From: Candidatus Eiseniibacteriota bacterium
GTDB taxonomy: Bacteria > Eisenbacteria > RBG-16-71-46
DNA: 64,000 bases
NCBI GenBank assembly: GCA_963744995.1
Contig: CAVUWA010000002.1
Location: forward strand, 800,001 to 864,000
Reading direction: 5' to 3'
This document shows positions 1-9,124 of this stretch, piece after piece. Each line of letters opens with the position of its first letter. Within the stretch, counting starts at the first letter, position 1. The position numbers and the translations under genes are program-made. Below the pieces are notes generated by a model. The model had not been told where the DNA came from. It saw only the letters and a list, made by a program, of their open reading frames with translations, and ran no database searches.

Positions 1-614
1 AACCCGGCCCACCAGGCGGCGACGCTGGCGAACGACAGGCGGATCGCGTCGCCGGCCGAGTGCAGGCCGAAGCGCTGCGGCATGAGGATCCACGCCAGGT
101 TGAGCGCGAGCAGAAGGCCGCCCCCCGCGTAGCCCCAGGCGAAGCCCTTCGCCGACACGGCGTGCAGCTCCTCCTTCTTCGCCACGCCCGGCAGCAGCGA
201 GTCGTAGAGCGCGTTGCCGGTCGCGAACGCCACGAACGCGAGGCCGAACACGAGCAGCAGCGGCAGCCAGCCCGCGCCCGGCATGAGGGCGAGCAGCAGC
301 GTGCCGCCCGCGCCGATCGCGACGCAGATCCCGAGCATGCCCTTTCTGCGGCCGAGCTGATCGCCGATCGCGCCGGCGACCGGCCCGGCCAGCGCGGCGA
401 GCAGCAGGGCGAGGGCGCTGCCGTACGCCCATGCCGCGGTCGCCATGTTCGGCGGCATGCTGCGCGTGGCGATCTCGGCGAAGAACGGCGGCAGGATCGC
501 GGCGACGACGCTGGTGGCGAAGGCGGAATTTGCAACGTCGTAAAGGCACCAGGCGCGAATCGCGCGCCGGCGCCGGGCCGGATCCTCGTAGGGAAGGGAC
601 GCTTGGCCGCTCAT
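1..614 (-). CDS. MFS transporter, UMF1/ATG22-like family (5' part only; runs off the left edge)
   Basis: Manual translation from ATG at 614 gives MSGQASLPYEDPARRRRAIRAWCLYDVANSAFATSVVAAILPPFF, which has the WxxYDxANSAF motif followed by hydrophobic helices. Not in the ORF track because no stop lies in the window. Confidence 0.85.
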   Translation of the reverse strand, partial: MSGQASLPYEDPARRRRAIRAWCLYDVANSAFATSVVAAILPPFFAEIATRSMPPNMATAAWAYGSALALLLAALAGPVAGAIGDQLGRRKGMLGICVAIGAGGTLLLALMPGAGWLPLLLVFGLAFVAFATGNALYDSLLPGVAKKEELHAVSAKGFAWGYAGGGLLLALNLAWILMPQRFGLHSAGDAIRLSFASVAAWWAG

Positions 615-659
615 GGGCGGGAAGTTGTACCAGACCGCCGGTGCTATATTCGAACCGGC

Positions 660-1709
660 ATGGAATCCGACCCTCAGGTCATCGTCATCGGCGCCGGGAT
701 CGCCGGTCTCACCTGCGCGCGTGAGCTCACCCGCCGCCATATCCGCACGGTGGTGCTCGAGCGCTCGCGCGGGGTCGGCGGACGCTGCGCCACCCGGCGG
801 ATCGTCGATGAACAGCCGGTGGACCATGGCGCGCCGTTCCTGCATGGAATGAGCGCCGTCTTCTTCGCCGCCCTCGCCGCCCTGGAGGCACCGGACCGCA
901 TCGAGAACTGGCCGGTACGGGTGCGCGGCCCGCGCCTCGCGTGTCAGCCGGACGCATTCCAGCAGGGCCGTTATCGCGTTGCGCACCGGGAGGGCGTCAA
1001 CGCGTTCCCGAAGATCCTCGCGCGCGGTCTCGACGTCCGTCGCGAGCACGACGTCGAACGGATCGCCGACGAGGGAGACCATCTGCGCGTTGTCGTGAAG
1101 GGCCACGATGCGCTGCGCGCGCCGGTGGTGGTGGTAGCGACCCACGCGCCGGCCGCGTGGTCGCTGGTCTCTTCCTGCGCCGACCGCTGGCCCGGCGCGC
1201 CGGCGGCCCTCGATGCCATGGCGAAGGTGGACGTGATCCCGGCGCTGTGCGTGATCGCCGCCTACCCCCGCACCCTCGAGGCTCCGGCGTTCGACATCTG
1301 GTATCCGGCCGAGTCGCCGCTGCTGCACACGATCTCGCACGACTCGGCCAAGCGTCCGGACGCGAAGCACCACGTGCTGGTGCTGCATGCGCGCCCGGGC
1401 TTCTCGGCGGAGTGGCTCGACGCACCGACCGAACCGTGGACGGAGGAGCTGCTGCGGGAGACCGCGGACCTGCTCGGCACGTGGGCGGCGCAGCCGGTCT
1501 GGCACGCGGCGCATCGCTGGCGCGCGGCGCGGGTGCGCCGTTCCGACACGCAGGGCCGGGCGCCATGGTTCGAGTCGCCGCGCGGCGCGAAGATCGGCGT
1601 GATCGGTGATGCATGGTCGCATCGCGGCGGGCTCGAGGGAGCCTTCGAGTCCGGCGATGCGATGGCCGAGCACCTCGCCGGATTGCCGGACCTCGTGCGT
1701 GGGCGCTGA
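660..1709 (+). CDS. Renalase-like FAD/NAD(P)-dependent oxidoreductase
   Basis: VIVIGAGIAG Rossmann motif, ERSRGVGGRCATRR, DHGAPF, HRW, and C-terminal GD..GGLEGAFESG. Start trimmed from ORF 60..1709. Confidence 0.88.
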   Translation: MESDPQVIVIGAGIAGLTCARELTRRHIRTVVLERSRGVGGRCATRRIVDEQPVDHGAPFLHGMSAVFFAALAALEAPDRIENWPVRVRGPRLACQPDAFQQGRYRVAHREGVNAFPKILARGLDVRREHDVERIADEGDHLRVVVKGHDALRAPVVVVATHAPAAWSLVSSCADRWPGAPAALDAMAKVDVIPALCVIAAYPRTLEAPAFDIWYPAESPLLHTISHDSAKRPDAKHHVLVLHARPGFSAEWLDAPTEPWTEELLRETADLLGTWAAQPVWHAAHRWRAARVRRSDTQGRAPWFESPRGAKIGVIGDAWSHRGGLEGAFESGDAMAEHLAGLPDLVRGR

Positions 1710-1785
1710 GCGCGTGCGCATGCCGGTCCCGGCGCCGCGCGGCGGGCGACCGCTTGTGGCGCCCCCGGCCCTCCGCCGGAGCGCC

Positions 1786-2676
1786 ATGGCGCGCCGGGCG
1801 CTGCTCGCCCTGTGCCTCGCCGCCATGCTCCCGGCGCGCGCGGCCTCGGCCGAACGGCTCACCGTCTTCGCCGCATCGTCCATGCAGGAGACCATGCGCG
1901 ACATCGGCCGCGCCTTTCGGGCGCGGCATCCGGGCGTCGAGTTCGACTACAGCTTCGCCGGCACCTCGACGTTGCGCACGCAGATCGAGCACGGCGCCCC
2001 GGCCGACGTGTTCGTTTCCGCCGACACGCTGCACGCGGCGGCGCTCCATCGCGCCGGCCTGAGCGGAGCGCCGCAGCGCTTCGCGACCAACCGGCTCGTG
2101 CTGATCACGCGCAGGGGCTGGATCGTTCCGCCGGCGTCGCTCGATCAGGCCGCGAGCCTCAGGAGCGGATTCGGTGGGGCGCCCGGAGGCGGTGGCGATG
2201 CTCCCGCCGGCGCCGCCGGTACCGTGGCGGATCCCTCGGCGCTCGGCCGGGTCCGCCATGTGCTGAAGAGTCTCACCCGTCCGGGCGCGCGCATCGTCGT
2301 CGCCGATTCCACCGTTCCGGCAGGGCGCTACACGGCGCGCGCGCTCGGGCGCATGGCACAGGATCCGCTGCTCGGCGAGGCGTTCCGCCACGCCGTGAAC
2401 GCGCACGTCGCGAGCCGCGAGACCAGCGTGCGCGCCGTGCTGGCGAAGGTGATGCTCGGCGAGGCCGACGGCGGCTTCGTCTACGCGACGGACGCGCTCG
2501 CCGCGTCGTCGCCGATCGGGGTGACGCCGCTGCCGCCCGCGTACGCCGTGGAAGCCGAATACGCGGCCGCCGTGGTCAGGGGATCGAAGCAGGCGGAGCG
2601 GGCGGCCGCGTTCGTCGCGTTTCTCCAGGGCGACTTCGCGCGCAGCATCCTCAGGCGTCACGGATTCGGCTGGTGA
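1786..2676 (+). CDS. modA: Molybdate ABC transporter substrate-binding protein
   Basis: Signal peptide, LTVFAASS, FAGTSTLRTQIEHGAPADVFVSAD, VPAGRY, GEADGGFVYATD. GGAG precedes ATG 1786. Confidence 0.92.
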   Translation: MARRALLALCLAAMLPARAASAERLTVFAASSMQETMRDIGRAFRARHPGVEFDYSFAGTSTLRTQIEHGAPADVFVSADTLHAAALHRAGLSGAPQRFATNRLVLITRRGWIVPPASLDQAASLRSGFGGAPGGGGDAPAGAAGTVADPSALGRVRHVLKSLTRPGARIVVADSTVPAGRYTARALGRMAQDPLLGEAFRHAVNAHVASRETSVRAVLAKVMLGEADGGFVYATDALAASSPIGVTPLPPAYAVEAEYAAAVVRGSKQAERAAAFVAFLQGDFARSILRRHGFGW

Positions 2677-2794
2677 GCGCGCGGCCCGCCACCGCAGCGG
2701 CGATCTTCCGCCGCCGCCGCCGTGCCGCGGGCGGCCGCCGCGCCGTGCCTGCGCGCCGCATGGCCTGCGCCGTCCCCGCCCGGCGCCCCGGCGC

Positions 2795-3616
2795 ATGAGC
2801 ACCGCGGTCCGCCGCGGCCCGGGGCCGCCGCCGCGCACGGACGGCGCGCTGGTCTTCGCGATCGGCGCACTGCTGCTGGTGCTGTTCCTCGGCGTGCCGA
2901 TGCTGGCGCTGCTGTTCGACGTGCGTCCGGCCGCCTGGCTGCACGCGCTGGGCTCGACGCAGGCGCGGCACGCGCTGGGCCTGACGCTCCTCACCACCGC
3001 AATCGCCACGACCGTGGTGGTCGCGCTCGGCTTGCCGCTCGCCTACCTGCTGGCCCGGTTCGAGTTCCGCGGCAAGGCGGCGGTGGACGCGCTGGTGGAC
3101 CTGCCGGTGACGATTCCGCCCGTCGTCGTGGGCCTCGCGCTGCTGCTCGCCTTCGGCCGCCAGGGCCTCATCGGCCGTTCGCTGGGCGCGTTCGGCATCC
3201 AGATCGCCTTCAGCACGACGGCGGTCGTGATGGCGCAGGTGGCGATGGCGGCGCCGTTCTTCGTGCGCGCCGCGCGCGCCGGTTTCGAGGCGGTGGACGA
3301 GCGGCTCGAGCACGCCGCCTGGAGCCTCGGGGCCTCGCGGCTGCACGCGTTCTGGACGGTGATGGTCCCGCTCGCGCGGCCTGCGCTGCTCGCGGGCGCG
3401 GTGATGGCGTGGGCGCGGGCGCTGTCGGAGTTCGGCGCGACGATGATGTTCGCCGGCAACATGCCGGGCCGCACCCAGACCCTCTCGCTCGCGGTGATGA
3501 GCGCGATGGAGACCGACCTCGACACCGCGGTGGCGGTGGCGGCGCTGTCGCTCGCGCTCGGCGTCGTCGCTCTGGTCGCGATGCGCATGCTCGCGCGACG
3601 CGTGGCGGCCGCATGA
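2795..3616 (+). CDS. modB: Molybdate ABC transporter permease
   Basis: DLPVTIPPVVVGLALL, EAA loop (LEHAAWSLGAS), WARALSEFGAT. Confidence 0.92.
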   Translation: MSTAVRRGPGPPPRTDGALVFAIGALLLVLFLGVPMLALLFDVRPAAWLHALGSTQARHALGLTLLTTAIATTVVVALGLPLAYLLARFEFRGKAAVDALVDLPVTIPPVVVGLALLLAFGRQGLIGRSLGAFGIQIAFSTTAVVMAQVAMAAPFFVRAARAGFEAVDERLEHAAWSLGASRLHAFWTVMVPLARPALLAGAVMAWARALSEFGATMMFAGNMPGRTQTLSLAVMSAMETDLDTAVAVAALSLALGVVALVAMRMLARRVAAA

Positions 3617-4773
3617 GCGGGCGCACGGCGGCGAACCCTGCGATGCGCGCTGGCGCAGACGCTGCGGCCGCGCGTGCGGGCCGCGCCGCCGCGGTCCCTG
3701 GCAGAGCGCACGAGGGTCTTTCCTTCGAGGCCGCGCTCGATCTCGGCACGTTCCGCCTGGATGCGGCATTCGACGTCGCCCACGGCGAGCGCCTCGCCCT
3801 CGTCGGCCCGAGCGGCGCCGGCAAGAGCACGTGCCTCGGCGTGATCGCGGGCTTCGTGCGTGCCGACCGCGCGCGGGTGACGCTCGACCGCGAGGTGCTG
3901 GCCGACACGGCGGCCGGCGTGGATCGCAATCCGGCCGACCGCCGGGTGGGCGTGCTGTTCCAGGACGATGCGCTGTTCCCGCACCTCGCGGTGCGCGACA
4001 ACATCGCCTACGGTCCGGCGGCGCGCGGCGCGGGGCGGGCGGAAGCGAGGGCCGAGGCCGGAGCATGGCTCGAACGGCTCGGGCTCGCGGACCTGGCCGC
4101 ACGGCGGCCGGCCGGGCTCTCGGGCGGGCAGCGCCAGCGCGTCGCGCTGGCCCGGGCACTCGCAGCCGGCGCGCGCGCGCTGCTGCTCGACGAGCCGTTC
4201 GCCGCACTGGACCTGATGACCCGTGCGGGAGTGCGCGCGGAGCTGCGGCGTTTCCTCGAAGCGGTCACGCTGCCGACCGTGTTCGTCACGCACGACCCGC
4301 TCGACGCGCGCGTGTTCGGCGACCGCATTGCGGTCATGGACGCCGGGCGCGTCGTGCAGACCGGCACCTGGGAGGACATCGCCCACGCGCCGCGCAGCGC
4401 GCTGGCGGCCGAACTGGCGGGCCTCAACCTCTATCGCGCCGCGCTCGAACCGGGCACGGGGCTGCGTACCGCGCGCGCCGGCGGGCGCGAGTTCCACGTG
4501 CTCGATGAGGGCGCGGCAGGCGAGGCCTGGCTGGCGTTCGCGCCGGGGGAGGTGACGTTGTCGGCGGCGCGGCCTTCGGGGTCCGCGCAGAACGTGTTCC
4601 AGGGCCGCGTGGCCGAGATCGTGCCGGCCGGTGACCGCCTGCGCGTGCGGATCGACGCCGGGGTGCCGATCATGGCGGAGATCACCGAAGCCGCGCGCGC
4701 GGCGCTCGCGATCGCGCCCGGGCGCGAGGTCTGGGCGGCGGTGAAGGCGACGGGGGTGCGGGTCTACCGCTGA
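3613..4773 (+). CDS. modC: Molybdate ABC transporter ATP-binding protein with C-terminal TOBE domain
   Basis: GPSGAGKS, LSGGQRQRVALARAL, LLLDEPF, VTHD, and TOBE tail (SAQN...VKATGV). ATGA overlap with modB. Confidence 0.92.
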   Translation: MSGRTAANPAMRAGADAAAARAGRAAAVPGRAHEGLSFEAALDLGTFRLDAAFDVAHGERLALVGPSGAGKSTCLGVIAGFVRADRARVTLDREVLADTAAGVDRNPADRRVGVLFQDDALFPHLAVRDNIAYGPAARGAGRAEARAEAGAWLERLGLADLAARRPAGLSGGQRQRVALARALAAGARALLLDEPFAALDLMTRAGVRAELRRFLEAVTLPTVFVTHDPLDARVFGDRIAVMDAGRVVQTGTWEDIAHAPRSALAAELAGLNLYRAALEPGTGLRTARAGGREFHVLDEGAAGEAWLAFAPGEVTLSAARPSGSAQNVFQGRVAEIVPAGDRLRVRIDAGVPIMAEITEAARAALAIAPGREVWAAVKATGVRVYR

Positions 4774-4788
4774 GCCCCGCGGCGTGGC

Positions 4789-5397
4789 TCAGCCGCAGCC
4801 GTCCATGCCGTCGATCGGCACGCCGAAATACCAGCCGTGGATCAGCCGGTTGCGCAGCCGCAACCAGCCGCGCGCGCCGTCGCCACGCGTGACGCGCACC
4901 CACCAGACCACCCGCGGATACGCGATCATCTCGCCCGCGACCGCGCTCGTGTCCGTGGCGGCGGACGGCGCCGCCCATGATTCCTCGGGCTCGACCACCG
5001 GCCAGAAGGGCTCGACGTCGTGCGGTCCACCGCTCCACCACAGGCGGTAGTCGCCCTCGCCGCTGCCGTGCAGGGCGAGGACGGTGTCCCCCGGCGAGAG
5101 ACCATGAATCGCGCGCCGGATCACGACGCGCCCGACGGGATCGACGGCCAGCAGCCCGGAATCGGCGGCAACGGTGTCCCCCGCGGCGATCCGGAAGGCG
5201 ATGCGCGAGGTGTCGAGCGGCGCGGCGAACGCGCGCAGCGGCGCGTGGACGATCCAGCGGCCGAGCTGACAGCACTCGAAGGGGCAGGCGTTCGGCTCCA
5301 CGCGGGGAACGGGGAGCGCCGCCGCCGCCGCCGGCGCGGATGCGGCCGGGCGGGCGCAGGCGAGCAGCCCGATCAGCAGCGGCAGGGTTCGAACCAT
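4789..5397 (-). CDS. Secreted hypothetical protein with a CPFECC motif
   Basis: Signal-peptide-like N-terminus, AGGAGG RBS, coding-like composition, C-terminal DGCG. Confidence 0.7.
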   Translation of the reverse strand: MVRTLPLLIGLLACARPAASAPAAAAALPVPRVEPNACPFECCQLGRWIVHAPLRAFAAPLDTSRIAFRIAAGDTVAADSGLLAVDPVGRVVIRRAIHGLSPGDTVLALHGSGEGDYRLWWSGGPHDVEPFWPVVEPEESWAAPSAATDTSAVAGEMIAYPRVVWWVRVTRGDGARGWLRLRNRLIHGWYFGVPIDGMDGCG

Positions 5398-5401
5398 GGC
5401 A

Positions 5402-6292
5402 TCATCCTCCTTCGGCTCGGCGCACCGTCTCCGCCGCGGAAGCGGCCTCCGTGCCGGCGTCGGGCGGTGCGCCCTGTACGTAGCACACCGGGACGACGTC
5501 GGCGTGCCGTTCCCCGGGCATCGGCGGGCGCAGCGGGCATTCGGCCGTGGGCCAGCGGCTGCGATCCTCGTAGACGTAGGGCTGGAAGCGCTCGGGCAGC
5601 GCCTCCGAGGTGTGCCGCTCGACCCGCGCGAACCAGCGCTCGTAGCGGTCGAAGTAGTCGGGGCCCGGCGCGCGCACGTGGAATGTCTCGTTCGGGTTCG
5701 GCTCCGGGTACTCGATCGTGGCCGGCGCCACGATCGGAACCGGCAGGACCGCGATGCCGCCGGGTCTCAGGATGCGCCGAACCTCGCCGATCGCGGCCAG
5801 ATCCTCGCGGATGTGCTCGAGCACGTGCGAGGCGTAGACGAAGTCGAAGGTCGCGTCCGCGAACGGCAATCGCCGCAGGTCGACGCGATGATCGACGCCG
5901 GGCATCTCGAGATCGGCGGTTTCGTAGACGCCGAAGCGCTGCCGGAAGAACGCTTCCAGGAACGGTTCGGGTGCGACGTGCAGCATCGTCATCTGCGAGG
6001 GGTCACGGCGTTTCAGCAACGCCTGCGTGACGACGTACTGGAGCCGGTGCCGCTCGAGCGCGCCGCAGGATGGGCACCGGGCGTGCCGGCGCATGCCGGT
6101 CCTGGGTCGGAGATCCTCGAACGGGCCGCGGTAGCCGCAGACCGGGCATTCGAAGACGGCTTTGTGTGCGTTCAGCAGGCGGAACAGGCCGAGACGCGGG
6201 CCCGACCGGATGCGCCCGACGGCGTCCGCGGGGCCGGCGCCCGGGCGGCCGCGGCGGCGCCGCTCATTTGCCCGGAGATTCACGGCTGCCAC
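5402..6292 (-). CDS. Class I SAM-dependent methyltransferase-like protein with N-terminal CxxC...CxxC
   Basis: CPVC/CPSC, LERHR, LHVAPE, FDFVYASHVLEHI, ILRPGG. Start position uncertain. Confidence 0.8.
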   Translation of the reverse strand: MAAVNLRANERRRRGRPGAGPADAVGRIRSGPRLGLFRLLNAHKAVFECPVCGYRGPFEDLRPRTGMRRHARCPSCGALERHRLQYVVTQALLKRRDPSQMTMLHVAPEPFLEAFFRQRFGVYETADLEMPGVDHRVDLRRLPFADATFDFVYASHVLEHIREDLAAIGEVRRILRPGGIAVLPVPIVAPATIEYPEPNPNETFHVRAPGPDYFDRYERWFARVERHTSEALPERFQPYVYEDRSRWPTAECPLRPPMPGERHADVVPVCYVQGAPPDAGTEAASAAETVRRAEGG

Positions 6293-6553
6293 CGGTCGTG
6301 CATGGACGGGTCGGCGAACTGGATGAGAATTCTCACGCGACGCCTCGAGAGGGCCTGGGGGCCGGCGCCGGCCGCCCGCCTTCGAGGCGGCCGCGCCCGG
6401 CCGATCTTCTCACCGCCTTCCCGGCGCCGGCAATCGCACACGGCGCGCGGCGGTCGCACGCAGCAAAGCGAGCGGCGCCGGACCTGCGTCCGGCGCCGCG
6501 TTCCTCTGCGGTGACCCATCACGAGCAGAGGTGCCCGTTCTCACTTCGTTCCG

Positions 6554-7630
6554 CTACCACCTGGGCGGCTGCGCGAAGCCCAGCTCGCCGTTGTCGCGCT
6601 GCCAGATCCGGCTGCGTCTGGGCGGGAAGATCCCCAGCGCGCGGAGACCGGACGCGTACTCGTAGCGGAACACCAGCCGGTCGGTCGCGTTGCGCGACGG
6701 CGTGAAGTCGGTGCGCCGCACGGGGTCGTAGTCCTTCTGACCCCAGCCGGTTCCCGGGAAACTCCGGCCGCCGCTGAACGACTGCGCCTTGCGGTCTGCA
6801 CCTTCAGGCGTCGCCGACTGCGGCACCGGCGCCCGTTCCGCCTCGGGCGCTGCGCGGTTTTCCCTCGTGCGGTCCGAATCGCGGGCGTCACCGCTGCGCG
6901 GCTTCTGCTGTCCGTCGTAGCGCAGCTCCGGCGTGATCTCGTTCCACGGGCGCTGTTCCTCGAAAGACAGCACGCGAATCCAGCCCATGTCGCCGTTCGC
7001 CTGTCCGGTGCGCGTGGCGTAGGAAATCGCCTCGTCCACGAACACGAACTTGCGGATCTGCCGGAGCGACGTGCGCCAGCCGGCGATCTCGGCGCTGCCC
7101 CATGGATTCAGCACGTACATCGGCTCGTCGGAGCGCAGGCGCGACTTCTCGCCATTCACGACGTTCAGGCCGTCCACGGTGAGCAGCACGCCGATCCGGC
7201 GCCCGGTGTTGTTGCGCAGGACGATCGAATAGTTCTGCCCCTCGAACGCCTGGAAGTACCAGCGATTGAAATCGCCTGCCTTCACGAACAGCGGCGCGCT
7301 GTGACCTTCGACGCGGATCCCGACGTCGACCGCGCGGCCGTCGGCGCCGAAATCGCCCCGCGGACCGTACGCGGCATGGGCCGGCGCGGCGGCCGTCAGC
7401 GCGGTGAGCGCGGCGAGCGCCGCCAGGAAGTGACGCGCGCCCCCGATGCCACCGCGCGGCTTGCGCACCGGCAACGGCACCTTGACCGGCACCGGCACCG
7501 GTGCCGGCAGGCGGCACGGGCCGAACGGCGAGAGGCGCATCAGCGCGAATCCGTCGGCGGGGTTGTCGACCGCGCCGCGCACCTGGACTTCCGCGGGGCG
7601 GATCTCCTGAAGCCGGGTCTGGGTGTTCAT
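6554..7630 (-). CDS. Conserved hypothetical exported protein
   Basis: AAGGAG RBS before ATG 7630. Hydrophobic stretch ending AHA, then the block TVDGLNVVNGE...YVL.P.....I.GWR.S......F.F. Confidence 0.75.
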   Translation of the reverse strand: MNTQTRLQEIRPAEVQVRGAVDNPADGFALMRLSPFGPCRLPAPVPVPVKVPLPVRKPRGGIGGARHFLAALAALTALTAAAPAHAAYGPRGDFGADGRAVDVGIRVEGHSAPLFVKAGDFNRWYFQAFEGQNYSIVLRNNTGRRIGVLLTVDGLNVVNGEKSRLRSDEPMYVLNPWGSAEIAGWRTSLRQIRKFVFVDEAISYATRTGQANGDMGWIRVLSFEEQRPWNEITPELRYDGQQKPRSGDARDSDRTRENRAAPEAERAPVPQSATPEGADRKAQSFSGGRSFPGTGWGQKDYDPVRRTDFTPSRNATDRLVFRYEYASGLRALGIFPPRRSRIWQRDNGELGFAQPPRW

Positions 7631-7840
7631 GGTCGTTCTCCTTCTCGATTCGCGGTCAGGTCGATCCGCGTGAACGCATGAACTACGCCACCGCCGGAAC
7701 GCTATTCCCGGAGCCCGGACTCCGTTGCGGGACAAGCGGTTGCGCGTCCGGACCTGGACCCCGGGCCGCGGCGCCGATCGTGGCGGCCGCGCCGCACGGT
7801 GTCGCGGCAGCGGCGCGCGCGACGGCGCACCTCACCCGCT

Positions 7841-8041
7841 GACGAAGGACCGCTTGCCGTTCCCGGGGCCATCCGGCCGCGCGTGTTCCCGGGCGGGGTC
7901 CTCGACGCCACGCTCCCGGAGCGCCATGAGATCACGCTGTTCGTGGGCGAGCGCCGTGGCGGGCGTGCCTGCGCCGCGGGAACGTGCTATGACGTACAGC
8001 CGTTCAGGGGCGCGGAAGTGAGGCGCACGCGCCGGTTCCAG
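7841..8041 (+). pseudogene. Remnant of the C-terminus of a DUF6029-like outer-membrane beta-barrel
   Basis: HEITLFVGERRGGRACAAGTCYDVQPFRGAEVRRTRRF resembles the G.xRGG..C..G.C...P...G......F end of DUF6029 proteins as I recall it. The Phe is followed by CAG (possibly a former TAG), and the N-terminal bulk is missing. Confidence 0.55.
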
Positions 8042-8147
8042 CGCGGGGCCGGCGGCGCGAGGGCAGCCCGCAACGAACGCGGAGGAGTCGCTCGCCGCGG
8101 TCGCGCCCGAGGACGCCGCGCGGCGGCGGAGCGACGGGGGCGACCTC

Positions 8148-8507
8148 ATGCGGACATCGAAGCCGGAGCCGGGCCATGGCCCATGCCTCTGGCCACCGCT
8201 CGTGCTGCTCGCGGTCGGCGGTGGCGCGGGCGCGGCGGCCTCGCGGCCCGTCACCTGGGCCGAGATCGCCGCGCAGCCCGCGCCGCCGCCCGGGGAGCGC
8301 ATCGCGTACGGGGCCGATCCGCTCGAATTCGGTGAGCTGCGCCTGCCCGCGGGCGGCGATGTGCGCCTCAGGCCGGTGCCCGCGGCGGGGCACTTCGATC
8401 TGATCGCGCCGTTGGCCCCGGCGTGGCAGGCCGTGCGGGCGCAAGTCCATGCTCTGGCGGGACCGACCCGGCCGGGGGCCGGCGAGCGGCTGAAAGGAGG
8501 CGGGTGA
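8148..8507 (+). pseudogene. Internally deleted alpha/beta-hydrolase (esterase-like)
   Basis: N-terminal IAYGADPLEFGELRLP is joined directly to C-terminal VPAAGHFDLIAP...AW. No HGG or GxSxG core; only 119 aa. Confidence 0.7.
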
Positions 8508-9055
8508 TGTCCGCTGCACGCCCTGCGGGCGAGCTTGCACAGGATGCCCTGCGCGAGGCCCTCGCGCGTCAATTCCATGCGGGGCTCGTCATGCTGCGGC
8601 GGGCGATGGTGGCGTGCCCGGACGATCTATGGGTGGACGATGCGGTGGCGAATCCGTTCTGGCGGGTCGCCTACCACGCCCTGTTCTACACCCACTTCTA
8701 CCTGCACGTGCGCGCCGACGACTTCCAGCCGTGGGCGCGCCATCGCCCGAACGTCCACCGCTTCGGCGAGTCCGAGACGGAGGACGCCGGGCCGGCCCCG
8801 GCGCCGTATTCGAAGCGCGACCTCCTCGACTACTGGACCGTGTGCGTCGCGTTCATCGAGCCCGCGCTGGGGAAACTCGATCTGGCATCGCCTGACAGCG
8901 GGTTCGACTGGTATCCGATCCCCAAGCTCGAATTCGTGCTGGTGGACCTGCGGCACCTCGGCCACCACACGGGCCAGCTGTGCGACCGGATCCGTGCGGC
9001 GACGGGAGCGGGGGTGGACTGGAGCGGAAGTCCGGGGCGGGGTGACGACGGCTGA
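8507..9055 (+). CDS. DinB/YfiT-like family protein
   Basis: FWRVAYHALFY...LRHLGHHTGQL His cluster. AAAGGAGG RBS and TGATG overlap with the upstream ORF. Confidence 0.85.
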   Translation: MSAARPAGELAQDALREALARQFHAGLVMLRRAMVACPDDLWVDDAVANPFWRVAYHALFYTHFYLHVRADDFQPWARHRPNVHRFGESETEDAGPAPAPYSKRDLLDYWTVCVAFIEPALGKLDLASPDSGFDWYPIPKLEFVLVDLRHLGHHTGQLCDRIRAATGAGVDWSGSPGRGDDG

Positions 9056-9124
9056 CCGGCGCCATGGCGGGTGCGTCGCCACGCCGGTGCGCGACCCGCT
9101 CGCGCAGTCGCAGGCGAGCGCGCC

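Noticed and set aside
2677..2794. 118-bp GC-rich gap between modA and modB starting with an overlapping GTG
   Set aside because: The GTG is out of frame with modB, and no Moco-riboswitch or ModE motif is recognisable
6324..6335. Perfect palindrome TGAGAATTCTCA upstream of the methyltransferase
   Set aside because: Single 12-bp site with no second copy noticed; a regulator cannot be assigned
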